NCBI GenBank assembly: GCA_020847735.1 | Contig: JADLBL010000020.1 | Span: 69,632-133,631, forward strand | Source of the DNA: Candidatus Eiseniibacteriota bacterium | Lineage (GTDB): Bacteria; Eisenbacteria; RBG-16-71-46 | DNA length: 64,000 nucleotides | Direction of reading: 5' to 3' | Shown here: in pieces, positions 54,328 through 63,111 of the stretch | Numbering within the stretch: position 1 is the first letter of the stretch | Layout: every line of letters begins with the position of its first letter | Notes under the pieces: model-generated | The model's input: only the letters and a program-made list of their open reading frames with translations | Databases searched by the model: none | What the model was told of the DNA's origin: nothing | Position numbers and translations under genes: made by a program

Positions 54328-55244
54328 GGGACCTGCTGATCGTCGGAGCGGGGCCCGCCGGCATCTCGGCGGCGCTGTGGGCGCGCTCGTTCGGGCTCGA
54401 CGTCGGCCTGGTGGACGCCGCGCCGACGCCGGGCGGGCAGCTGCACCGGGTGCACTTCCACCCGCCGGCGGTGCCCGGCTTCGAGGCGGGGGACGGACCG
54501 GCGCTCGCGGCCGCCTGCACCCGGCAGCTGGACCGCGCGGAAGTGACCTGGCGCGGCGGTTTCGAAGCGACCTCCCTGCGAGCGGCCGGAGAAGGCGAAC
54601 CCTGGCCGCACGTGTCGTTCGGCGGCGGCGAGGCGCTGCCCGCCCGCGCGGTGCTGGTCGCGACGGGCGTGCGTCGCCGCCGACTCGGCGTACCGGGCGA
54701 GCGCGAGTTCGAGGGGCGAGGGGTGTCCTTCTCGGCGACGCGTGATCAGGCGCGACTGGCCGGCCATCCCGTCGTGGTGGTCGGAGGCGGCGACGCGGCG
54801 TTCGAGAACGCGCTCCTGCTCGCCGCCACCGGCAGCGAGGTGGACCTGGTGGTTCGCCGTGAGCCGCGCGCACGGCCGGAGTTCCGCGAACGGGTCGCCG
54901 CCGAAGCGCGCATCCGCCTGCACACGGGCCGTCGCGTCACGGCGATCCTCGGCGGCGATTCGGTCACCTCCGTCCGTCTCGAGGCCGACGGCGCCGCCTC
55001 CGATCTCGCGACCCGCGGCGTCGTGATCAAGATCGGGGTGCTGCCCAACAGCGAATGGTGCCGCGGCGTCCTGAAGACGGACGCGGACGGCTACGTGCTG
55101 ACGGACGCACGGCTCGGGACTTCGGCGGCGGGCATCTGGGCCGCCGGCGACATCGTCCGCCCTTCGCCCCCGAGCATCGCGGTCGCGATGGGGCAGGGCG
55201 CCCAGGCGGCGGCCGCCATCCACCGTGAGCTTCGCGGCGGCTGA
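54324..55244 (+). CDS. FAD/NAD(P)-dependent oxidoreductase, thioredoxin-reductase-like fold (no CxxC seen)
   Basis: DLLIVGAGPAGISAA (FAD GxGxxG) ... VVVVGGGDAAFENA (NAD(P) GxGxxA) ... AAGDIV. GTG start overlaps the GT2 stop (GTGA). Confidence 0.75.
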   Translation: MRDLLIVGAGPAGISAALWARSFGLDVGLVDAAPTPGGQLHRVHFHPPAVPGFEAGDGPALAAACTRQLDRAEVTWRGGFEATSLRAAGEGEPWPHVSFGGGEALPARAVLVATGVRRRRLGVPGEREFEGRGVSFSATRDQARLAGHPVVVVGGGDAAFENALLLAATGSEVDLVVRREPRARPEFRERVAAEARIRLHTGRRVTAILGGDSVTSVRLEADGAASDLATRGVVIKIGVLPNSEWCRGVLKTDADGYVLTDARLGTSAAGIWAAGDIVRPSPPSIAVAMGQGAQAAAAIHRELRGG

Positions 55245-55525
55245 GCCGCGCCGCCCCTGACGTTGGAGGGTCCGGCGAGGGCTCAAGCCGGAGCCGCAAT
55301 GCTCCGAAAACGTCAACAGTCGAAGGACCGCTTGGCCCCCTCGGCCTCCGTCTCCCCCGGCCGGAACCATGAGGAGGAGTTCTGGCGCACGTTCCCGCTT
55401 CGATCCCGCGAGCCGCAGCGTCGCCGCATGTTTCGGCGCACGCGGCGGATTGGTTCGCGCCCGTCGCGTTCGCCGCAGCGCTGCTCGACGCGCTGGGCCT
55501 GCATGCCCCGGGGCCGCTCGCCCGC

Positions 55526-56383
55526 ATGCGCTGGCTCGAACTCGTCACGCTCGCGGGCTTGCTGCTCGCGGCCGACGCGCGGGGCAGGGACCGCGAACGG
55601 CACAGGTGGCGGACGCCGCTCGACGGACGCATCGCCGCCATGCTCGCCGTGCTGCTGTTCGCGTCGTTCGGAGGCGGCCCCGCCGGGCACGGACTCGAAC
55701 TCCGGCTGCTGCTGGGCGCCGTGGCCGCCTACTACACCGCGGCCACACTGCTGGCACGCGACGGGCGGGCCTGCGAGGCGGCATGGCGGGTGTTCGCCGC
55801 CGCCGCGGGCCTGCTCGGCCTGCACGCACTGTGGGCCACGACCTCGGGACTCGCCCACCTGGCGGCGCTGTCGGTGGCCGCGGACGCCGCCTGGCACGCG
55901 CGTCATGGCCTGCTGTCCACGCTCGCGCTGGCGACGCTGCTCACCGCCGGCAGGGCGCTCGAGCGCGGCTCGGCGCCGCTCTGGCGGCTGGCGGCCGTCG
56001 TCGGCGCGACGGGAACGGTGCTGCACCTGGTCGCGACCGGATCGCCGTTCGCGACCAGCTCGCTGGCACGCCTCGAGGATCCGCTCGGCTTCAGCTCGAT
56101 CGTGGTCATCATCATCGTCCTCAAGCGTGCCGGGTTCGACGCCTGGACACTCGGCCGCGAGCGCTCCGCCGAGCGGGGTCGCTGGTGGGGAGTGCTGGCG
56201 GTGGCCGTGTTCGTCGCGACCGGCGTGCTCTTCCGTCCGGGGCCTCCGGGCGAAGGCCTCGTGTTGCTCGTGGCGTTCTGCGGCGCGCTCCTCGCCGCCG
56301 CGCGCACCCTGCCCGGGACGGCGCCCGCGGCGGCCGCTGCCGTGGTGGAAGCGCCGGCGACGAAGCCGCGACGGGCGGCGTGA
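55526..56383 (+). CDS. Hypothetical integral membrane protein (~8-9 TM helices)
   Basis: 285-aa ORF with regularly spaced hydrophobic helices and GC3-rich codons. No known motif. The competing 948-aa ORF at 55263-58109 is Arg/Ala-rich off-frame noise. Confidence 0.45.
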   Translation: MRWLELVTLAGLLLAADARGRDRERHRWRTPLDGRIAAMLAVLLFASFGGGPAGHGLELRLLLGAVAAYYTAATLLARDGRACEAAWRVFAAAAGLLGLHALWATTSGLAHLAALSVAADAAWHARHGLLSTLALATLLTAGRALERGSAPLWRLAAVVGATGTVLHLVATGSPFATSSLARLEDPLGFSSIVVIIIVLKRAGFDAWTLGRERSAERGRWWGVLAVAVFVATGVLFRPGPPGEGLVLLVAFCGALLAAARTLPGTAPAAAAAVVEAPATKPRRAA

Positions 56384-56487
56384 AGGGAGCCTCCCGGCCG
56401 CCCCGGGCGCGAACCTCCCGAATGTCGTAGCGTCCCGCGTCCGTGCGCGGCGTCCCGCCACGCGCGCTAGCTCCGAGGTGCCACCGG

Positions 56488-58056
56488 ATGACGAGCCGCG
56501 GTTCCCGCTTCAGCGACGCCGATCGCGAGGATCTCGCCGCGCGCGGAATCCCGCCGCACGAGGCGGACCGCCAGCTCGAGTTGCTCGCCCGTCCTCGGGG
56601 CTACTCCGATCTGGTGCGCCCGTGCACGCCGGGAGACGGCCTGGTGCGCCTCGACGAAGCGCGCCTCGCCGCCGCGATCCACGGGCACGAGTCGGCGGCG
56701 GGCCGGGGCGCCGTCTCGACGTTCGTGCCGGCCTCCGGAGCCGCCACGCGCATGTTCCACGAACTGCTTGCCGCGCTCTCGAGCGGCGGGCCGCTCGCGC
56801 CCGGCGCGACCCAGGCGGCCGCGTCGGCCGGCGACGCGCCGTCGCGCGCCGTGGTGGCGTTCGTCGAGGGCCTGCCGCGCTTCGCGTTCCACGATTCGCT
56901 CGCTTCGGCGCTCGCCGCGGGCGGCGCCTCGCTCGATCGCCTGCGCGAAGCCGGGCCGTGGCGGCCGCTGCTCGAAGCGCTGCTCGAACCGCGGGGGCTC
57001 GACTACGCACGGCTGCCCAAGGGGTTGCTCGAGTTCCATCGCGATCCGGAGCCGCCGCACGGCGCGCGGACCGCCTTCGCCGAGCACCTCGAGGAAGCGC
57101 TCCTGCTCACGCGCGATCATTCCGGACGCTGCCGCGCGCACTTCACCGTGTCGCCGGAACATCGCGGGCGCTTCGTCGAACTGCTCGCGTCGCTGGCTCC
57201 CGGGCTCGAACGGGCGAGCGGCGCCCGTCTCGACGTCACGTTCTCGCAGCAGCAGCCGGCCACCGACACGCTCGCGGGCGACCCTGGCGGCGGGCCGTTT
57301 CGCGACGGAAGCGGTCGGCTGGTGCTGCGGCCGGCCGGTCACGGGGCGCTGCTCCCGAACCTCGAGGCGACGGGCGGCGACATCGTGTTCGTGAAGAACG
57401 TGGACAACGTCGCCACCGGCCGCCGGCGCGCGGAATCCCTGCGCTGGGCCCGCGCCCTCTGCGGCGTCGCCGCGGAACTGCGCTCGCGGTCGGAAGTCCT
57501 GCGGGCCCGGCTCGCGGACGGGCCCGATGCGGACGCCGAGGCGGACGCGCTCGCGTTCGTGCGCGAAGGGCTGGGCGAGCCCGAGCCGCCGGCCGGGCGT
57601 TCCGCGCTCGCGGCCTGGCTCGACCGCCCGCTGCGCGTGTGCGGGATGGTGCGGAACACGGGCGAGCCCGGTGGCGGGCCCTACTGGGTGCGGGACGCGG
57701 GCGGCCGGATCTCGAGGCAGATCGTCGAGTCCGTGCAGGTGGACCCGGGTTCACCCGCGCAGCAGGCGATCGTCGCGCGCGCCACCCACTTCAACCCGGT
57801 GTTCTTCGCCTGCTCGCTGCGCCGCGCCGACGGCGGCGCCTTCCGGCTCGCCGACTACGTGGATCCCTCGACGGCCATGGTCGCGCGCAAGAGCGCGGGC
57901 GGGAGGGAACTGCTGGCGCTCGAGCGGCCGGGACTGTGGAACGGCGCGATGGCGGACTGGATCACGGTGTTCGTCGAGGTGCCGCTCGAGGTCTTCAGCC
58001 CGGTGAAGACAGTCTTCGACCTGCTGCGCCCCGAGCACCAGGACGAGCGCGGGTGA
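56488..58056 (+). CDS. DUF4301-family protein (function unknown)
   Basis: The N-terminal FSDADREDLAARGIPPHEADRQLELL resembles the FSxxDLxQLxxxGI start of DUF4301 proteins. About 520 aa, soluble. Confidence 0.55.
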   Translation: MTSRGSRFSDADREDLAARGIPPHEADRQLELLARPRGYSDLVRPCTPGDGLVRLDEARLAAAIHGHESAAGRGAVSTFVPASGAATRMFHELLAALSSGGPLAPGATQAAASAGDAPSRAVVAFVEGLPRFAFHDSLASALAAGGASLDRLREAGPWRPLLEALLEPRGLDYARLPKGLLEFHRDPEPPHGARTAFAEHLEEALLLTRDHSGRCRAHFTVSPEHRGRFVELLASLAPGLERASGARLDVTFSQQQPATDTLAGDPGGGPFRDGSGRLVLRPAGHGALLPNLEATGGDIVFVKNVDNVATGRRRAESLRWARALCGVAAELRSRSEVLRARLADGPDADAEADALAFVREGLGEPEPPAGRSALAAWLDRPLRVCGMVRNTGEPGGGPYWVRDAGGRISRQIVESVQVDPGSPAQQAIVARATHFNPVFFACSLRRADGGAFRLADYVDPSTAMVARKSAGGRELLALERPGLWNGAMADWITVFVEVPLEVFSPVKTVFDLLRPEHQDERG

Positions 58057-58063
58057 TCGGGCC

Positions 58064-58552
58064 CTACTTCGCCGGCACGAAGGTGAGCGCGGCCGAGTTG
58101 ATGCAGTAGCGCAGCCCGGTCGGCTCGGGCCCGTCGTCGAACACGTGGCCGAGGTGGCCGCCGCAGCGCGCGCACTCGAGGGCGATGCGCTGCATGCCGA
58201 AGCTCGGGTCGGCCGTGCGGTGCACGTTCGCTTCCCGGGCCGCCCGCCAGAAGCTCGGCCAGCCCGTGCCCGAGTCGAACTTCGCCGAGGAGTCGAACAG
58301 CTCGAGCCCGCAGCCCGCGCAAAGGTAGCGCCCGCGGCGATGCTCGTTCCACAGCGCGCCCGAGAAGGCCCGCTCGGTGCCCGCCCGGCGCAGCACGTCG
58401 TACTGCCCGGGCGTCAGCAGGCGTTTCCATTCGGCGTCGCTATGCACGACGCGACCGGGACCCGGGCGGGTCGGGGCGGTGGGGGGGCTCGCGGCAGGCG
58501 CGCCGGTCGAGAGCGTGAGCAGGGCAACGGCCAGCATCGAGGCGAGCTTCAT
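58064..58552 (-). CDS. msrB: Peptide-methionine (R)-S-oxide reductase MsrB, with signal peptide
   Basis: CxxC...CxxC zinc motif (YLCAGCG...CARCGGHLGHVF) with catalytic RYCINS. N-terminal signal MKLASMLAVALLTLSTGAPAAS. Confidence 0.9.
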   Translation of the reverse strand: MKLASMLAVALLTLSTGAPAASPPTAPTRPGPGRVVHSDAEWKRLLTPGQYDVLRRAGTERAFSGALWNEHRRGRYLCAGCGLELFDSSAKFDSGTGWPSFWRAAREANVHRTADPSFGMQRIALECARCGGHLGHVFDDGPEPTGLRYCINSAALTFVPAK

Positions 58553-58795
58553 GGCAGCGCTCCTTACGGGGTCGGGCCGGGGTGCAGCCGCGGACTTTCG
58601 CCACCTTCCGATGGAGCGGAGGAGCGATCGGTGTCCGGGCACGGTCAAGCGACCGCGTCCGGCCGACGATCTCCGGCCTGCTCCGGCGTGCGTCCGGCCA
58701 GGGCGATGCGTGAAGCCCGCGCACGCGATGGCCCGGCGGCGGCCGCGTCTTCCGCGGCGGTTCCTCCGCGCGCTCCCCGCGATCGAGACGGGCGC

Positions 58796-59434
58796 TCAGG
58801 CGGCGGCGAGGTCTCCGCGCCGAACCCAGATTTCCAGTTCGGTGCGGGTGAACGCCTCCCACAGCCGGCCGCTGTCGTGCAGCTGCACGAACGCGTTGAC
58901 CACGTCGGGAAAGAACTGCTGTCCGGCGCAGCGGCGCAGTTCCTCGCACGCGGCCCGCGACGACAGGCCGCGCCGGTAGGGGCGGTCCTCGGTCATCGCG
59001 TCGTAGGCCGCGCACACCATGATGACGCGGGCGCCGATCGGGATCTGGTCGGCGGCGAGGTTGCGGGGGTAGCCGGCGCCGTCGGGCCGCTCGTGGTGCG
59101 TCCAGACGATCTCGGCGGCCGCTTCCAGGCCGGGAATGTCCTTGATCATGTCGCGGCCGATGGTGGGATGCGTCTGGACGACCGCGCGTTCGCCCGCGTC
59201 CAGCGGCCGCGGGCTCTGGATGACGTCGTGGAGAATGGCGTTGCGACCCAGGTCGTGCAGCAGCGCGCCGAACTCGACGTCCACGAGTTCGGCCTCGGGC
59301 ACGCCCAGCTCGCGGGCGACGCGCACGACGAAGCGCGAAATGCGGAGCGAGCGGCCGCGCGTGAACGGGTCCGAGGCGTCGATGACCGAAGTCAGCGCGC
59401 GCACCGTCTGCAGCAGCGGTAGACGCGGGTCCAT
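58796..59434 (-). CDS. HD-GYP domain phosphodiesterase (stand-alone)
   Basis: LLHDLGR...HHERPDGAGYP are the HD and GYP signatures. GGAGG RBS before the ATG. Confidence 0.85.
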   Translation of the reverse strand: MDPRLPLLQTVRALTSVIDASDPFTRGRSLRISRFVVRVARELGVPEAELVDVEFGALLHDLGRNAILHDVIQSPRPLDAGERAVVQTHPTIGRDMIKDIPGLEAAAEIVWTHHERPDGAGYPRNLAADQIPIGARVIMVCAAYDAMTEDRPYRRGLSSRAACEELRRCAGQQFFPDVVNAFVQLHDSGRLWEAFTRTELEIWVRRGDLAAA

Positions 59435-59592
59435 GCGTACCTCCGAAGGGGGCCGGGGGAAGTGGCCCAAGCCGGTCCCGTGGGCCGGCGATTCCCGCGG
59501 GGTTTCGGCCTCCCGGGGGGCGGACTTGAGTCCGGAGTGCGCCCCGGCGCGTCGCGCTCAAGACGGGGGCGGAACATGCCGATTTCACGTCC

Positions 59593-60858
59593 ATGTCCAA
59601 GTCCCAGGACCGCATTCGCCGTCCCGTCACCGACAGCCAGCTGCTGCCGCGTGTGGACAAGTTCGTGCCGACCGTGCTGGCCTGGCGCGCCCTCAACGAG
59701 TGGGACGAGGTCAAGGGGCAGGTCGTGCGTTCCGACGCGCGCGTCGCCGAACTGCTCCTCGGTCTGGTGCGCGACACGGCGGCCTCCCGCTACGACGAGA
59801 AGCAGCTGCTGGACGTCGTCGCGGACTACGCGCTGCGGGCGTTTCCGAACGCCACCAACTTCGTCCTCGTCAGCCGCGACGAGGAAAGCGACGACCTGAT
59901 CGTGATGCGTGCCCAGACGCACGAGGGTGAGGCGACCGAGGCGGTCCAGCTGAGCCGCACGATCGCTGAACGCGCCATGAACGACGACTGCGCGATGCTC
60001 TACGTGAACGGCGGCGGCGCGAACTCGGCGACCGAGAGCCAGGTGCTCTCGCGCATGGAGACCGCGATCTGCGCGCCGCTGCGCGACGGCCAGGGCCCGT
60101 TCGGCGTCATGCAGCTCGACGTGCGCCGGCCCAAGCGCGGGCGCTTCACGCGCGAGGACGTGGACCTGCTGACGGTCTTCGCCAGCCAGGCGTCGCTGTC
60201 GCTGGAGCACCTGCGCGTGCTGCAACAGCAGCAGCGCGCCTTCGCCTCCACGATCAACGCCCTGTTGCATTCGCTGACGCTGCGCGATCCCGAAACCGCC
60301 CAGCACTCCGAGCGCGTGCAGGACGTGGCCGTGTGGATCGGCCGGCAGCTTCGCCTGGACGCCGAACGGCTCGAGGTGCTGCGCGTCTCGGCCCTGCTGC
60401 ACGACCTCGGCAAGCAGGGTGTTCGCGACGAAGTGCTCTTCAAACCCGACCGGCTCACGGACCTCGAACGGGCCGAGATGGCCACGCACGCGGCGCACAC
60501 GCAGAACATTCTCGACCGCATCGTCTACCCGATGGCGCTGCGCGACGTGCCGCGGATCGCCGCCTGGCACCACGAGAAGATGGACGGCACCGGTCCGTTC
60601 GGCATCGCCGGACCCCAGGTCCCGCTCGAGTCGCGGATCCTGTCGGTCGCCGACGTCTTCGACGCGCTGCTGAGTCCGCGGCCCTACCGCGAGGCGCTGA
60701 GCCCCCGCCGTGCGCTGCTCATCATCGAAAACGGCGAGAACGTGGACTGGGATCCCGAGGTGATCGCGGCCCTCAAGGCCTGCCTGCACGACGTGCTCGC
60801 CGACGTCTACTCGGTGGGCGCGGAGCCCGGCGAAACCGACCCGCCCGTCGCCGCCTGA
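59593..60858 (+). CDS. GAF-domain + HD-GYP-domain phosphodiesterase (c-di-GMP signalling)
   Basis: N-terminal GAF-like region (about residues 60-220), then LLHDLGKQGV...HHEKMDGTGPFG, an HD-GYP variant (GTGPF). Confidence 0.85.
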   Translation: MSKSQDRIRRPVTDSQLLPRVDKFVPTVLAWRALNEWDEVKGQVVRSDARVAELLLGLVRDTAASRYDEKQLLDVVADYALRAFPNATNFVLVSRDEESDDLIVMRAQTHEGEATEAVQLSRTIAERAMNDDCAMLYVNGGGANSATESQVLSRMETAICAPLRDGQGPFGVMQLDVRRPKRGRFTREDVDLLTVFASQASLSLEHLRVLQQQQRAFASTINALLHSLTLRDPETAQHSERVQDVAVWIGRQLRLDAERLEVLRVSALLHDLGKQGVRDEVLFKPDRLTDLERAEMATHAAHTQNILDRIVYPMALRDVPRIAAWHHEKMDGTGPFGIAGPQVPLESRILSVADVFDALLSPRPYREALSPRRALLIIENGENVDWDPEVIAALKACLHDVLADVYSVGAEPGETDPPVAA

Positions 60859-60922
60859 GGGCTTCCGCGCGCGACGATTCGCGTGGGACGCCGCGTCCGT
60901 GGATCTGCCCCGCGCCCGGGGG

Positions 60923-61993
60923 TCAGGCGGCGAGATCGCCGCTGACGAAGCGCTCGAAGATCGTGCGGTCGATGGCCACCTCGTAGGCCTCCTCGCCGCT
61001 GATCACCTCGCGCCGCACGAGGTCCTGCAGGACCGCGTCGAGGGCCTGCATGCCGATGCGCCCGCCCGCCTGGATCGCCGAGTGGATCTTGTGCGTGTTG
61101 CCGCCGCGGATCATCGCGCTCACCGCGTGCGTGTTGATCATGACCTCGGCCGCGGCGAGCCGGCCGGTGTGGTCCAGCTTGCGGACCAGCTGCTGCGAGA
61201 CCACCAGCCGCAGGCTGTCGGCGAGCATGGTTCGGACCTGCGCCTGGCGGCGGGGGGGGAAGACGTTGACGATGCGGTCCACCGAGCGGACGGCGCCGTT
61301 GGTGTGCAGGGTTCCGAGGACCATGATGCCCGTCTCGGCGGCGGTGAGGGCGAGGCTGATGGTCTCCAGGTCGCGCATCTCGCCGACCAGGATCATGTCC
61401 GGGTCCTCGCGGACCGCGCTGCGCAGCGCCTCGGAGAACGAAGGCGCGTGGGCGCCGATCTCGCGCTGCGTGACCACGCACTGCCGGTACGAATGCACGA
61501 ACTCGATCGGGTCCTCGATCGTGATGATGTGGCCCTTCCGGTTGCGATTGACCCAGTCGATCATGGCGGCGAGGGTCGTGGACTTTCCCGAGCCGGTGGG
61601 CCCGGTCACGAGGATCAGGCCCTTGCCGACCGCCAGCGCCTGCGGAATGGCGGACGGCAGGCTGAGGGACTCCAGCGTCGGCGGATCGTTCGGCACGACG
61701 CGGAACGCCGCGCCGAGCCCGCCGAGGTGCTGGTAAATGTTCACGCGAAAGCGCCCCGCCGATTCCGACTCGTAGGCGATGTCGATCGCGCTGTGCTCCG
61801 CCAGCGCCTGGCGCTGCTCGAGGGTCATGAACTCGGTCAGGAAGTCGTTGACGTCGGCGACGGACAGTTCGCGGAAGCGCACCGGCTCCAGCTCGCCGGC
61901 GATGCGGATGCGCGGCGGCTGGCCCGAGACGAGATGCAGGTCGGAACCGCCCTGGTGGACGGCCAGTTCGAGGAACGCGTCAATGCGGTTCAC
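60923..61993 (-). CDS. pilU: Type IV pilus retraction ATPase paralog (PilU-like)
   Basis: Walker A GPTGSGKST, Asp box, Walker B ILVGEMRD, His box TLHTNGA. Lacks the canonical PilT AIRNLIRE C-terminal motif. GTG start overlaps the pilT stop (GTGA). Confidence 0.8.
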   Translation of the reverse strand: MNRIDAFLELAVHQGGSDLHLVSGQPPRIRIAGELEPVRFRELSVADVNDFLTEFMTLEQRQALAEHSAIDIAYESESAGRFRVNIYQHLGGLGAAFRVVPNDPPTLESLSLPSAIPQALAVGKGLILVTGPTGSGKSTTLAAMIDWVNRNRKGHIITIEDPIEFVHSYRQCVVTQREIGAHAPSFSEALRSAVREDPDMILVGEMRDLETISLALTAAETGIMVLGTLHTNGAVRSVDRIVNVFPPRRQAQVRTMLADSLRLVVSQQLVRKLDHTGRLAAAEVMINTHAVSAMIRGGNTHKIHSAIQAGGRIGMQALDAVLQDLVRREVISGEEAYEVAIDRTIFERFVSGDLAA

Positions 61994-63099
61994 GCGGCCT
62001 TGCCTCCCTCGGCGCCGCCGGTCATCAGCGCCAGCAGTTCGGGGCGGGTGACGAACGGCGCGAACCCCCACTTGTCCTCGGCCTTGAGGAACGCCTCGTC
62101 CGGGTCGATCTCGCCCGCGCGCACGAGCGCCAGCAGCGCCTGGTCCTTGAGCTGCATGCCGAGCCGCTTGCCCATGGTGATCGCGCCGGGAATCTGGAAC
62201 GTCTTGCCCTCGCGGATCAGCTGCTGGATCGCCAGCGTCACGACCAGGATCTCGAGCGCGGCCCGACGCCCGCGGCCGTCGGCGACGCGCAGCAGGTCCT
62301 GGCTCACGACCGCCTTGAGGTTGTCGGCGAGCGAATTGCGCACCTGGGACTGGTTGTCCGAAGGGTGGGCGTCCACGATGCGGTCGATGGTCTGGGCGGC
62401 GCCGCGCGTGTGCAGCGTGCCGAGCACCAGGTGGCCGGTCTCGGCGGCCTCGAGCGCCAGCGTGATGGACACGGCGTCGCGCAGTTCGCCCACCAGAATG
62501 ACGTCCGGGTCCTGGCGCAGGGCGCTGCGCAGCCCCTCCTGGAAGGAGGGCACGTGGGTGCCGACCTCGCGCTGGATGACGAGCGAGCGGTCGCTGGGGT
62601 GCACGAACTCGACCGGATCCTCGAGCGTGATGATGTTCAGCGAGCGCGAATGGTTGACCTCGTGGATCATCGCCGCGAGCGTCGTGGACTTGCCGGTGCC
62701 GGTGGCGCCGGTGACGAGTACGAGTCCCGAGCTCAGGCGGCAGAAGGACGAGAGCACGCGCGGCATGCCCAGCTGCTCGAGCGAGGGCACCCGGTCGGGC
62801 ACCACGCGGCAGAAGGTCGAGATGCCGAGTCGCTGCCGGCAGGCGTTCACGCGGAAGCGGCCGATGCCCTCCGCGGTGTAGGCGAAGTCCACGGCGCCGA
62901 GGCGGTTGAACTGCTCGACCTGGTGCTCGTTCAGGATCTCGGAGACGAGGGATTCCGACTCCTCGTGCGAGAGCTCGCGGTAGGGGATCGGCGTGAGTTC
63001 CCCGTCGAGGCGGACGAGCGGCGGCAGGCCGACGTTGAAGTGGATGTCGGAGCCTCCCTGCTGCTTGCCGATCTCGAGGAAGGCGTCGATGCGCGCCAT
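61990..63099 (-). CDS. pilT: Twitching motility ATPase PilT
   Basis: MARIDAFLE N-terminus, Walker A GATGTGKST, Walker B ILVGELRD, His box TLHTRGA, and C-terminal LAIQQLIREGK (AIRNLIRE-like). Confidence 0.85.
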   Translation of the reverse strand: MARIDAFLEIGKQQGGSDIHFNVGLPPLVRLDGELTPIPYRELSHEESESLVSEILNEHQVEQFNRLGAVDFAYTAEGIGRFRVNACRQRLGISTFCRVVPDRVPSLEQLGMPRVLSSFCRLSSGLVLVTGATGTGKSTTLAAMIHEVNHSRSLNIITLEDPVEFVHPSDRSLVIQREVGTHVPSFQEGLRSALRQDPDVILVGELRDAVSITLALEAAETGHLVLGTLHTRGAAQTIDRIVDAHPSDNQSQVRNSLADNLKAVVSQDLLRVADGRGRRAALEILVVTLAIQQLIREGKTFQIPGAITMGKRLGMQLKDQALLALVRAGEIDPDEAFLKAEDKWGFAPFVTRPELLALMTGGAEGGKAA

Positions 63100-63111
63100 G
63101 GCGGCGGTTCC

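Noticed and set aside
55263-58109. 948-aa plus-strand ORF
   Set aside because: An Arg/Ala/Gly/Pro-rich translation bridging two independently supported genes in other frames. No stop codons, simply because of GC bias.
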